Positions 53,091 through 62,688 of a DNA stretch of 64,000 nt are shown piece after piece. The position numbers were made by a program, and so were the translations under genes. The notes beneath the pieces were generated by a model. It saw nothing but the letters and a program-made list of their open reading frames with translations, ran no database searches and was not told the origin of the DNA. Origin of the DNA: a virus. Its lineage: Duplodnaviria; Heunggongvirae; Uroviricota; Caudoviricetes. The stretch covers positions 86,274 through 150,273 of the IMG/VR virus record IMGVR_UViG_638275430_000001, one strand, 5' to 3'. Numbering within the stretch: the stretch's first letter is position 1; each line of letters starts with the position of its first letter.

Positions 53091-54397
53091 GAACAAATAA
53101 TATCACACAGCATATTAGCTCTAAAGCGGGGTCGGTTGTATTCGACCCCGCATCTGCTCCTGCTTTTGATACGACTATCACAGATCTACAAAAGCTGGGA
53201 AATAAAATCGATGCTCATGCAACTAAACCACTACCGGTCGCATCTGAAACTGTATCGGGTATTGCTGAATTGGCTACCGTTGATGAAGTTCTATTGGGAA
53301 ATGATAAAGTTAGATTAGTCACTCCTTATACACTTCAACAAAAATGGGCGCGTCCTAATGCGAGCGACACCGTTTATGGTCTAGTTAGATATAATACAGT
53401 AGCAGAACGAGAAGAAGCGGCAGCGAAAGTTGACGTTACTGTGAATACCGCATCTTTGTGGGACGTTGTTCGTAATAAATCGATTGCAACTGAGTCCAAG
53501 CGCGGATCAGTGAGTATTTCAACTCTGGTAGCTGCCAAAGCTGGCGTAGATGATACAACAGCAATGACACCAGCGAAAGTTAAAGCGGCAATCGACACGT
53601 TCGCGGTAACTTCTGTATCTGGTGCAACTGAAACCGTTACGGGCACAGTTAAGAATAGTCCGGCATTAATCACTAACGCCGCGCTTCATACCGGTTATGC
53701 AGTTACACCTAAAGGTTTCATTGAAACCAGAGCCGCACAGGCTCGCGTTGGAACAGTTCGTATGGCAACTCAAGCAGAAGCTAACGCTAGAACTCTGGGA
53801 GACGTGGCAATCAGTCCAGCGACGCTTCCAATCGCATCTGATACACAATATGGCATCACTGCTCTTTTGCATAACGCGCAATCCGGCGTAACAAACAAAG
53901 CATTGAGCGCACACGGAGCGACTCTGTTTATCAACAGAAACGGCGACTCCATGACGGGTGATCTTACTGTTCATAATATCTTTACTGCTAACGGACAAAA
54001 CGGACGTGGCGATTCGCTGACTAGAAAGGATTACGTTGACGGACTTTTCAATCAGAAAGCGAATATTTCGCATACGCACGGAACTCCACAAGAATCATGG
54101 ACACTAATTTGGCAGGGACCGTTAGATCGCGGTAATTTCGTGACTAATCAGCCATGGTGGAACTTCGATGCACTCGTTATTGAAAGTTCGCGTGATGGTG
54201 GTAGCTGGTTTAATACCATGGAGATTAGTCGTTGGCAGATCGAACAGATGCAAGCAAAATATCCAAACTTCAACTTGGTATCGGCACAAGAATATTATTG
54301 GTTTGGTAAGTTTAGAGCCGATGGTATGTATTTCGACACCCATACAGAGAACTGCTATCTGTGGAGAATATACGGAGTTAACAAAACTTGGAGCTAA
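53087..54397 (+). CDS. 12: gp12 short tail fibre
   Basis: HIS..AGSVVFDP; ASET..GIAELAT repeats; GTG start overlapping the gene 11 stop. Confidence 0.88.
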   Translation: MRTNNITQHISSKAGSVVFDPASAPAFDTTITDLQKLGNKIDAHATKPLPVASETVSGIAELATVDEVLLGNDKVRLVTPYTLQQKWARPNASDTVYGLVRYNTVAEREEAAAKVDVTVNTASLWDVVRNKSIATESKRGSVSISTLVAAKAGVDDTTAMTPAKVKAAIDTFAVTSVSGATETVTGTVKNSPALITNAALHTGYAVTPKGFIETRAAQARVGTVRMATQAEANARTLGDVAISPATLPIASDTQYGITALLHNAQSGVTNKALSAHGATLFINRNGDSMTGDLTVHNIFTANGQNGRGDSLTRKDYVDGLFNQKANISHTHGTPQESWTLIWQGPLDRGNFVTNQPWWNFDALVIESSRDGGSWFNTMEISRWQIEQMQAKYPNFNLVSAQEYYWFGKFRADGMYFDTHTENCYLWRIYGVNKTWS

Positions 54398-54400
54398 TCG

Positions 54401-54407
54401 CTAAATA
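54401..54407 (+). promoter_or_regulatory. Late promoter CTAAATA for wac
   Basis: Intergenic between 12 and wac. Confidence 0.7.
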
Positions 54408-54440
54408 TTAGCATTAGTATATCAAATATAAGGGTGAATA

Positions 54441-57400
54441 ATGGCTATCGAAAAAGTAAGTCAGTCGCAATTACCGTTTGTTGATGGCGTCCCCGCTGTA
54501 GGACAAACGAGAATTGACTGGATTCAAAACGGTGAGTATACCGACGGTGCTGTTAGCGCCACCGATAATGGTGGCGCCCTTAACCGAGCTTCGGTTAAGG
54601 TACAGAAAAACGTTGATACAATCAACCAAGAATTAAACAAAACAAAAGACTCATTGAGCAAAGTTATTGATTTGGCCGAGACTCATGATCGCATTTTGAA
54701 TGCACAAGGAGACGGCACAAATCTTTATGATCGCGTAACAGCGGTAGAAGTTGTCAATAAAGCACAACAAGATCGACTGGCTAAAATTGAAACAGACGAA
54801 ATCGAACATGTTGCAGGCCAAGAAGCAATTAATAAGCGTATTACTGACACAGTTGATCCTCAAATTACCAATATCAAAAAGATGCTGGGAAATTACAAGG
54901 GTTTTGACCAAGACGGTAATCCTGACATAAATGCTCCTGGACTAGGCGTTAAAGGACAAGTTGAAAGAAACTGGGAAAACGTAGTTCAGCATGATAACAG
55001 AATTAAAAGTCTGGAAAGTTTCTGGCAAGGAGACACTCCTGATGTTCTAATCAGAAATACCCGCGATTTGCGAGCTGAAATGGGTCCGTCTTCTGAAAAG
55101 ACAGATAAGACAATTTACCAGCGAGTAAAAGAATCCGAGGATCATGTTACTACCGCAAATAAACATTTGACCGATATCGATACTGCTATTGGCAAGATCG
55201 AATTCCCGGCCAAATATGTTACCAGTACGGGTACCGAAGTAACCGCAAAAGACATTTGGGAATATACCAAACTCGTTCGTGGTGATGTCGGAGCGAATCA
55301 GAATGCACTGAATACAGCGATTAATGACATTCTGTTGAATAAGTCTGACATCAAGACGATGAAAGAGTTCGATACTTCATCTGGGGCAAAAATTACAAAT
55401 CTCGAATCTCTTGTTGGACTACAACCTACCGACGGTATGCGCGGCGACATCAAAGCTTTGGATTTGCGCGAATCAAATAACGCAACTCGTTTAGAAGGTA
55501 TGGTGAAAACTGTTACCGACGTTGTTAACTTGGAAACAACTCCGGCAGTTCGCAATCTTCAAGAAGATATGACAAAGGCTAAGCCGGATATTTACGGAAC
55601 TAACGTAGATACCGATACTCCTATTGTTAAGCTTGGTATCAAGTCAACAAACAAAACGATGTATGAGGAAATGTATCTGCCGTTCAAATCCGGCAGTGGA
55701 TTTATTCTTGATACTAGCGATCAAAACGTTGATTCTTCTTTCGTTCGTCGTTATGTTGACGGCAAGTGGGAATGGAAAAATCTGTTCAGCGAAGATCTGG
55801 TGATTGGCTCAAATAAATCAGTACGAAGCTTTGACGGACAAAGAGCTGTATCGTTCGCACTGAGAATCGATAAGCCTCCTGTTACTGTTTTCGGCGACGA
55901 TAATACCGAAATTGAAATTCGCGGTAAGATTACAAACGAGATTGATATTACTGGACTGAAATACAAGACTTCCAGTGTGGTTCATTTCACAGATACCCAG
56001 GATACATTCGGTAAAGGACAGCCTGTTCAATTTAAAGTTGACGGCGAAAACGCGCTGACTGTTACATATGGCGGAACTGTTGGTACTATTGTTCATTCTG
56101 CTAATATCAAAAACTATGTTGCTGATATTGATCCAAGAACTGGATTCAGACTGAATCGTGATACTTCCGTTTCTGCCGAAGTTTCGATTGGCAACGTGAA
56201 CGTTATCGGAACTAGCTTTATCAATAAAACTGTCAAGTTGTCAGACGAAGGCATGACTACTCAAATTGAAGGTGAAGTATCCAAGATTCGCATGGCAATC
56301 GACGCGAAATATACCGGATATTCCGCTGGTAATATTCTGATGAATGAGTTGGGAGTCTCGCGATATGTTGCAAATGATTACGTTGAAGTTGGTGACAGCA
56401 AAGCAAGCGCCGCGCTTAGAACACGTGGTGATGATCTGAAATCAGTTAAAGTCGTAGCTGGCACCGGAAACACTCTGTATACCGTATGGCACGACGGCCT
56501 AGATGCTCCGAAAGACGATGCTATGTATGCACGTAAGAATGGTGTTTGGACTGCGTTTAACCCAGGTGGAACCGGCGGTGGATTAGCAGACGACGCACCG
56601 GACAATGGTATGCCACATGTTCGCGTTTCTACTAACGGTAATGCAGTTTGGGAAGCGTTGGGATCTAAAGATATTAACTTGAGCCCGAATATCGGCATTA
56701 AGTTCAATACCACAGATCACGGACTTGTTTCTGCGTTTAGTCCTCTTGCAACTGGTGCAATTAGCATTGGATATGATAATAGCAAGTCTCCGATTACATT
56801 TAAGGGCCGTGTTCAAGCATTCACATTAGGCAATGAACAAGCTTTGATGGGCTTGACTACTTCCGACGAAGTTCGCACAATCGTTAAAGTTGATTTCGAA
56901 AACGACATTATGATCGGCGACGAAAACACTGCCGTTTATTTTGGACGTCAACCGTTTGTTGATTTCAATGGGTCTTCTCATAGGGTTTGGCACGACGGTA
57001 TTGATGCTCCTTCCGATGGAAGTTATTACGCCCGTAATAATGGAACATGGCAGAAAGTATTCAACGGCGTTGACCCGACTGCTGACGTAAATACTACAGG
57101 AGCATTTAAATCTCGCGGAATGAATATTGGTTTCACTGAACAAGTCGGTACCGATTATATCGTACAGCTTGGACAATCAAATCAGTATACAAAACTCAAC
57201 GGTAAAGTTATGGATATTATGCTGGCACAGCCGGTTGATAATGGACAGACTTCTATCAAGGGTATGTTGAAAGGCGCTGAATTAAATGTTATTGCAATCA
57301 AAGACAACGTAGCCGGTAATAATCATGTTATTGTTGGTGATGCTTCCGCTGAAATGCGTATCAATTGCAAAGAAGCTTACATTAACGGAAACACCGTAAT

Positions 57401-57548
57401 TACATCTGCTTTTGATGTTCCTACCGACGACAAGCGTTATTCTCGTCGTAATGGAAAGTGGATCCAGAGTTATTACTATGGCAACTTTGCAACAAACGCA
57501 CCAGCTACACCAGTTGAAGGCGATGTGTTCTTTGAATTCGTAAACTAA
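54441..57548 (+). CDS. wac: Extended fibritin (whisker) protein
   Basis: LPFVDGVP..GQ.RI.WI.NGE N-terminus, coiled coils, several foldon-like DAP.DG..YAR.NG.W repeats. Confidence 0.85.
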   Translation: MAIEKVSQSQLPFVDGVPAVGQTRIDWIQNGEYTDGAVSATDNGGALNRASVKVQKNVDTINQELNKTKDSLSKVIDLAETHDRILNAQGDGTNLYDRVTAVEVVNKAQQDRLAKIETDEIEHVAGQEAINKRITDTVDPQITNIKKMLGNYKGFDQDGNPDINAPGLGVKGQVERNWENVVQHDNRIKSLESFWQGDTPDVLIRNTRDLRAEMGPSSEKTDKTIYQRVKESEDHVTTANKHLTDIDTAIGKIEFPAKYVTSTGTEVTAKDIWEYTKLVRGDVGANQNALNTAINDILLNKSDIKTMKEFDTSSGAKITNLESLVGLQPTDGMRGDIKALDLRESNNATRLEGMVKTVTDVVNLETTPAVRNLQEDMTKAKPDIYGTNVDTDTPIVKLGIKSTNKTMYEEMYLPFKSGSGFILDTSDQNVDSSFVRRYVDGKWEWKNLFSEDLVIGSNKSVRSFDGQRAVSFALRIDKPPVTVFGDDNTEIEIRGKITNEIDITGLKYKTSSVVHFTDTQDTFGKGQPVQFKVDGENALTVTYGGTVGTIVHSANIKNYVADIDPRTGFRLNRDTSVSAEVSIGNVNVIGTSFINKTVKLSDEGMTTQIEGEVSKIRMAIDAKYTGYSAGNILMNELGVSRYVANDYVEVGDSKASAALRTRGDDLKSVKVVAGTGNTLYTVWHDGLDAPKDDAMYARKNGVWTAFNPGGTGGGLADDAPDNGMPHVRVSTNGNAVWEALGSKDINLSPNIGIKFNTTDHGLVSAFSPLATGAISIGYDNSKSPITFKGRVQAFTLGNEQALMGLTTSDEVRTIVKVDFENDIMIGDENTAVYFGRQPFVDFNGSSHRVWHDGIDAPSDGSYYARNNGTWQKVFNGVDPTADVNTTGAFKSRGMNIGFTEQVGTDYIVQLGQSNQYTKLNGKVMDIMLAQPVDNGQTSIKGMLKGAELNVIAIKDNVAGNNHVIVGDASAEMRINCKEAYINGNTVITSAFDVPTDDKRYSRRNGKWIQSYYYGNFATNAPATPVEGDVFFEFVN

Positions 57549-57557
57549 GGAATTAAG

Positions 57558-59162
57558 ATGCCAATTAGAATTGCGGGTCAAAATGGGGAGCTGCATTATG
57601 CAGCCCCCAAAGTTTATAACGGATATTGGAGAAATTCCGTTGCTTGGGTATATTCGGGTGGCGCATGGCGTCGCACATACGATCCAACAGATGAAAACCT
57701 TTTAATCAATAGTCGATTGCTAAATGGCACCGATTATTTCATATACGCGGACGGAAGAGTGATTGGTTTCACGCCTCCTGGTTGGAGTGCTTATTCAAAT
57801 GCTTCTCAAGTAGGAGGAAACGCATATGCGTATTATTCCAACAGAGAAGATGAATATAGCAGAGCTTACACGTTTAAAGCCGCAAATAGTCGTATGTTCT
57901 TCCAGACAAGAATATATCTCAGACAAGGAGAAACATACAACGCGAGCGCGTTTGTTCATTCCATCAACTTACAAGTCGGAAGAAAGTCGTTTGATATTTT
58001 CGTTGACGGTGTTGCATCGAATAAACAATCGGATTACATTCAGATGATCAATCATTTTCCAACTGTTCCTGAGTTGAAAGCAAACACAAGAGTACAAGCA
58101 ACGTTCAAAGCACTAAAGGATTGTTTGGTACAGTTTAATATCGGCGTTGGTGTCGATTACAACGACAGTGGAGAGATTCAAGTAAGCCAGCCAATGGTAA
58201 CTAAGTCTAGTGCATTGCTATCGTACCAACCGACTCCTAAAGATACCAATTACAATGCGATCATCATGAAAGATACATACATGAAATTGAACAAGACTCT
58301 TCCTCCAATCGCAGGAACAAATCATTTGGAGTCTAGTGTTCAATTACTCGATAATGCATCAAATCGCATTATGATTATCGGATACAATAACGACATTTCA
58401 ACATCTGGAATCGGAGTTGATATATCCAAAAACACACTATTTGTTATGGCAGAAGATGTTATAACTCATGAGGTACAAATCAATCAGCCTATTCCGAAAA
58501 ATCAAGTGTTTGGTGCCGGTATATGGTTTGACGTTTCCGGTTCTTATATCAAGAACATTAGATTACATGCAAACGGCGAATTGATTGCTAGAATCCCAGA
58601 CACAACTTCGGTTGTTGCTGCTACTAATTTTGTGTTCGGTAGTAAGCAGTATCCTATAACAGGAGTCATTGTCGAGCAATTCGGGATGTTCGTTAACGGA
58701 CGAAATCACATTTTCAATATCGAAGAGGGATCGGGGAATATTTCTAGCGAAACTCCTAGTCCTGATAATCTGACGGTTGACTTTGGGACAGACGAAACGA
58801 AATATGAATGGCTTGGAGCATTGCTACCTAAGATCACAGTTCAACCAGCAGATGAATATATCGGAACATCTGGTATGTCGGTTGAACTTGTATCGTCAGG
58901 AAGCAATTACGACGCTATAGAATGGAGAACTCAATACGGACAAATCGCGAACTCGAATACAAACAATATCACAGTATTGGTTTCCGATGATTACGATTAC
59001 GGCTTGGTATATCACGCGGTGTATAAGAATCGATTTGGCAGTGTTGAAACAATAAAAACAAAAATCTCCGCATTCCCAACTCCTAAAAAGCTGATGCAAA
59101 CGGAGAAGGGTGAACAGTTGGGTACAGAGGACGATAAGTTAATCGAAACTCAACAGCCTTAA
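57558..59162 (+). CDS. Putative whisker-associated adhesin (beta-sandwich and Ig-like domains)
   Basis: N-terminal W..Y.GGAWR motif; C-terminal Ig-like PKITVQP...W...Y.AVY.N.FG. Confidence 0.55.
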   Translation: MPIRIAGQNGELHYAAPKVYNGYWRNSVAWVYSGGAWRRTYDPTDENLLINSRLLNGTDYFIYADGRVIGFTPPGWSAYSNASQVGGNAYAYYSNREDEYSRAYTFKAANSRMFFQTRIYLRQGETYNASAFVHSINLQVGRKSFDIFVDGVASNKQSDYIQMINHFPTVPELKANTRVQATFKALKDCLVQFNIGVGVDYNDSGEIQVSQPMVTKSSALLSYQPTPKDTNYNAIIMKDTYMKLNKTLPPIAGTNHLESSVQLLDNASNRIMIIGYNNDISTSGIGVDISKNTLFVMAEDVITHEVQINQPIPKNQVFGAGIWFDVSGSYIKNIRLHANGELIARIPDTTSVVAATNFVFGSKQYPITGVIVEQFGMFVNGRNHIFNIEEGSGNISSETPSPDNLTVDFGTDETKYEWLGALLPKITVQPADEYIGTSGMSVELVSSGSNYDAIEWRTQYGQIANSNTNNITVLVSDDYDYGLVYHAVYKNRFGSVETIKTKISAFPTPKKLMQTEKGEQLGTEDDKLIETQQP

Positions 59163-59171
59163 GGAGGCTAT

Positions 59172-59777
59172 ATGCCTACAATTAAGATTTCCGACCTAAA
59201 TCATGTCGATGAATATACTGGCAATGAATTTGGACAAGTAATTCAGAACGGAAGCAATAAAAAGGCCGTTCTATTATTTGCCGATGCCAATAATAAAATT
59301 GTTATACCGAGTGGATTTACTGTTCACGCCGAGACAGACAACGGACTTAAAAACGTTATTGAATTGACGCAAGACGGTAAATCATTCTATCTTGGACCGA
59401 AAAGTGTTCGTCCTGTTATTGAAGCTGATATTTCGGGAATGGTAGTGAAAAACATTACTATACCTAATAATACTGGCTACTACGCAATGAGCACAGAAGG
59501 CGAAAGAAAATGCCTGATTAAACTTGGTAACGACAACAAGGTAACTATCGGAGACGATAAAGCCTCATTGACTTTGATGCAGGGATCCAATCATGAAATA
59601 TCAGTTAGACGCGAAAGCTTGCCAGGAAATAATGATTGGTCGGATTATCGTTTGATCGACACAGGATTGTTTAAGGATTATTTCGTCATACACATGGACT
59701 CAGTTTATACCTACGGTAATGCTGACCCAGATGACAACGACGGATATCCAGACGGACACCTTTACATCAAATACTAA
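59172..59777 (+). CDS. Putative fibre/whisker accessory protein
   Basis: MPTIKISDL start; P.....DG.LYIKY end resembling the wac C-terminus. Confidence 0.55.
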   Translation: MPTIKISDLNHVDEYTGNEFGQVIQNGSNKKAVLLFADANNKIVIPSGFTVHAETDNGLKNVIELTQDGKSFYLGPKSVRPVIEADISGMVVKNITIPNNTGYYAMSTEGERKCLIKLGNDNKVTIGDDKASLTLMQGSNHEISVRRESLPGNNDWSDYRLIDTGLFKDYFVIHMDSVYTYGNADPDDNDGYPDGHLYIKY

Positions 59778-59804
59778 TCAAACGGCGGGGAAACTCGCCG
59801 TTAT

Positions 59805-59969
59805 ATGGAGGTAAGATTTTTGTTCATCAAGATAAATAACACTAGCACACCCTGCGAAGTTCGTTTAAAGATCAACGGACAATATAAGTCAGGAACTGCC
59901 TACATCAAAGTAAACGGTAAATACCAACCGGTAAACAGCCAGACAACAAACTTAAAGCTGAAAGGCTAA
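59805..59969 (+). CDS. Small fibre-tip-like protein (TTG at 59820 is an alternative start)
   Basis: Repeated IKING/IKVNG motifs; not in the ORF track. Confidence 0.45.
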   Translation: MEVRFLFIKINNTSTPCEVRLKINGQYKSGTAYIKVNGKYQPVNSQTTNLKLKG

Positions 59970-59978
59970 GGATTTAAA

Positions 59979-60176
59979 ATGCAAGCGATTATTTTGTTTA
60001 TGCTCAAGCGAGTTGGCACCGAAGTGTTGCTACAAATGCTAAAGCAGTTAGTAAAGATTCTGGAAAAGCGTATTGACAACAACTTTGGTTCCGATGACGT
60101 TGACGCAATTGAAAAGCGTGTTGATGTTGCGAAAGATCCAGTTGCTGCACCAATCGCGCATCCAGGAAAAGAATAA
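59979..60176 (+). CDS. Hypothetical protein, 65 aa
   Basis: AAGGA RBS; amphipathic N-terminus. Confidence 0.55.
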   Translation: MQAIILFMLKRVGTEVLLQMLKQLVKILEKRIDNNFGSDDVDAIEKRVDVAKDPVAAPIAHPGKE

Positions 60177-60191
60177 AGGAGACTAGCCGAG

Positions 60192-61112
60192 ATGATGTCA
60201 AATAATTTTGTTAGGAACCCAAGAGAGCTTAAAGATCTTATTTTGAGACGTCTTGGCGCTCCTGTAATTCAGGTTGAAGTAACCGAAGACCATATTTACG
60301 ATAGTATCGGTAGAGCACTAGAACTCTACAAAGAATATCACCACGACGGTTTGAATAAAGCATATCTAAGTGTTAAACTTAATCAAGAACAAGCGGCAAC
60401 CGGATACATCGATATTTCTGCGTATCCTGTGTTTGCTATCACCAAAATCATTCGTCATAAATCCATGATGTGGGGTGGATTGGGAGGTGGAGCGACATTG
60501 AATTTCTTCACTGACTTTTTGACGACGCTAGGTGGAGGCCCACAAGGAATTAGTTATCACGGACCATTTGGTGCGTTGGGTAATATAGGTTTCTTTGCTC
60601 AGTTCCAAAGCTATCAGAATATGATGATGGATCAACTTGACCCTCTTCCAGATTATTGGCTAGACCCAGTTAATGGTGTTGTTCAGTTAACTGGCAATTT
60701 CAGAGAAAATGACGTTATTATCATGGAAGTTCATATCCAGAACTTTGTTGAACTGGAGAAATCCGTTCGTGGAGTTGCTGGAGCTGGAATCGTGGCCGGA
60801 GGCCCAACGAGTGCTGATAACAAAGACAAGTGGATGAATCCGTATTCTAGAATGCCGTCAAACGTCGCTGGACGCGCTAGGAGCGAATTCCCAGATCAGG
60901 GCGTATACAACGTCAGATGGGTAAAGGATTACGCTACCACGCTCACCAAAGAAGTTTGGGGTGAAATCTTAGCTAAACATCAAGGTATGTCGCTGCCTGG
61001 TGGTGTTACTGTAGACGGAACACGACTTGTTGAAGAAGCTAGACAAGAAAAAGAAGTGTTGCGCCAAGAGCTACTGCTTTTGGAAGAGCCGCTTCCCATT
61101 TTAATGGGGTAA
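60192..61112 (+). CDS. 13: gp13 neck protein
   Basis: ELKDLILRRLGAPVI.VEVTED and LPGGVTVDG motifs. Confidence 0.97.
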   Translation: MMSNNFVRNPRELKDLILRRLGAPVIQVEVTEDHIYDSIGRALELYKEYHHDGLNKAYLSVKLNQEQAATGYIDISAYPVFAITKIIRHKSMMWGGLGGGATLNFFTDFLTTLGGGPQGISYHGPFGALGNIGFFAQFQSYQNMMMDQLDPLPDYWLDPVNGVVQLTGNFRENDVIIMEVHIQNFVELEKSVRGVAGAGIVAGGPTSADNKDKWMNPYSRMPSNVAGRARSEFPDQGVYNVRWVKDYATTLTKEVWGEILAKHQGMSLPGGVTVDGTRLVEEARQEKEVLRQELLLLEEPLPILMG

Positions 61113-61115
61113 TCG

Positions 61116-61904
61116 ATGTTTGCACGTAATCAAAGCATGTTCGCCCAGCTCGAAACCGGAGCTGGGTACAATAAGACTTATCAAACTAATGTATTAAACC
61201 CATATGTGAATAAACATGAATATGAGCCTACTCTTTCGTTGCACGAAATGCTTGTTGCTGAATCTATTCAGATGACTGGTGTTGAAATGTATTATATTCG
61301 CCGTGAGTTCGTGAACTTTGATCGAATTTTTGGCGAAGATATGCAATCCAAGTTTAAGAAGACGTATAAAGTCGCGATGTATTTGGAGAGTTTCGATGAA
61401 TATAGCGGACAAAGGGACTTCTTCTCCAAATTCGGTATGCAAGTCAACGACGAAATAACAATGTCTGTTAGTCCTAAGCTGTTTGAAACCCAAGCAGACG
61501 GAGATCGAGTTAAGGAAGGAGATCTGATTTATTTCCCACTGAATAATAGCCTGTTTGAAGTTACTTGGGTAGAGCCATCGTCTCCTGTTGTTAAGAGAGA
61601 ACAGCTTGCCAAATATAAAGTAACTGCACAGAAATTTATCTACAGTGGTGAGGAAATCAAGCCTGAGTTTGATCCAAATCGGTATGTGCTCGGAGAAGAT
61701 GACCCGCTATCTCAGATCAAGGCACTTGACGGACGCGCGGATATCTCATTGGACGAGTTCGCAGAAGATGACGCATTCAACGAAGAGGCGGAAGATTTTG
61801 TTGTTGAGTTTGACAATATTATCGGAAACGGTACACCAATAGCAGAGCACAAGCCTACTAAGCCAGCGCCTGTTAGTGCATTCGATGATCTAGAATCGTT
61901 TTAA
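61116..61904 (+). CDS. 14: gp14 neck protein
   Basis: LNPYVN, LVAESIQM.G, FFSKFG and EGDLIYFP motifs. Confidence 0.97.
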   Translation: MFARNQSMFAQLETGAGYNKTYQTNVLNPYVNKHEYEPTLSLHEMLVAESIQMTGVEMYYIRREFVNFDRIFGEDMQSKFKKTYKVAMYLESFDEYSGQRDFFSKFGMQVNDEITMSVSPKLFETQADGDRVKEGDLIYFPLNNSLFEVTWVEPSSPVVKREQLAKYKVTAQKFIYSGEEIKPEFDPNRYVLGEDDPLSQIKALDGRADISLDEFAEDDAFNEEAEDFVVEFDNIIGNGTPIAEHKPTKPAPVSAFDDLESF

Positions 61905-61906
61905 GT

Positions 61907-61930
61907 AAGAGCCCGTTATGGGCTCTTTTT
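61907..61930 (+). terminator. Terminator after gene 14
   Basis: AAGAGCCC/GGGCTCTT hairpin plus U tract. Confidence 0.8.
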
Positions 61931-62521
61931 GTATGTGGAACACGACTCGCAAATTGAGTCGGATTTGATTCGACGCAACGAGAGATCGAAGTTGCCGTGT
62001 TGCTTGCAAGTGACTTGATATTGTGTGCTGTTACCAGCCCATCCAGAGACTTGACGAATAGCGTAGCCGTGTTTCTTTGCATAGTCGCTAGTGATCTGAA
62101 TTGCAAGATGTTTCGGCTTTTTGTTTTGTATGCCAGTGCATACGGTACAAGTCGGCGCGTCGAACATGACCTTACCTACCTTCTCATAGAAAATGTGACC
62201 GTGTTCGCAAGTCAAAGCGAGTTGACTATCACGATGCCACTCTTCTTTTTGAGAAGGAGGCATATGAAGTCCAAACGTCGTGCTTGACAAGTTGCGACGC
62301 ACCAGGGTTTCTTTTTGTTGTGCATTGAACGGGTAGCGTCGATTACACCAACACATGAGTCGTTCAATCTGCTGAAATGTACCAGGGAACACCGGCTTAC
62401 CTAGCCATGTTTTCTTTGAGCACTCTTCACAGACACAAGCATACACCTTGTTTCTAGCATTGTCAACACAAATTATACGTGTGATAGTGAAATGAGCAAT
62501 TTTCATACCGATTCTGTTCAT
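61916..62521 (-). CDS. Antisense-oriented protein with three Zn-ribbon modules (homing-endonuclease-associated type)
   Basis: CxCxxC/CxC, CEHGH...CTVC and CKQHG...CESC; GGAAGAG RBS; no clear nuclease motif. Confidence 0.7.
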   Translation of the reverse strand: MNRIGMKIAHFTITRIICVDNARNKVYACVCEECSKKTWLGKPVFPGTFQQIERLMCWCNRRYPFNAQQKETLVRRNLSSTTFGLHMPPSQKEEWHRDSQLALTCEHGHIFYEKVGKVMFDAPTCTVCTGIQNKKPKHLAIQITSDYAKKHGYAIRQVSGWAGNSTQYQVTCKQHGNFDLSLRRIKSDSICESCSTYKKSP

Positions 62522-62540
62522 AATCTATACTCTTCCAGAA

Positions 62541-62662
62541 AGTCGCGCCAGCGACTGCGAAGCTAACTTATTGATTTCATTAAAGAAGACAAAATAGATT
62601 CTCATTAAAGATCTATAAGAGATTTTATTTTGTCTTTTTAGCGGCTGCGCCGCAGTCTTCGA
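62541..62662 (-). repeat. Dispersed palindromic repeat, copy 4 (inverted)
   Basis: Reverse complement matches copy 1, including TTCGCAGTCGCTGGCGCGAC. Confidence 0.95.
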
Positions 62663-62669
62663 CTAAATA
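62663..62669 (+). promoter_or_regulatory. Late promoter CTAAATA for gene 15
   Basis: Upstream of the AAGGAGG RBS of gene 15. Confidence 0.7.
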
Positions 62670-62688
62670 CAAGTAAAGGAGGATACCA

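Noticed and set aside
44603-61842. Short alternative-frame and antisense ORFs inside structural genes
   Set aside because: Fully nested in conserved T4 genes with no independent support.
3690-62662. Palindromic repeats as a CRISPR array
   Set aside because: Copies are ~120 bp, dispersed over 59 kb, have no unique spacers of constant length, and no cas genes are present.
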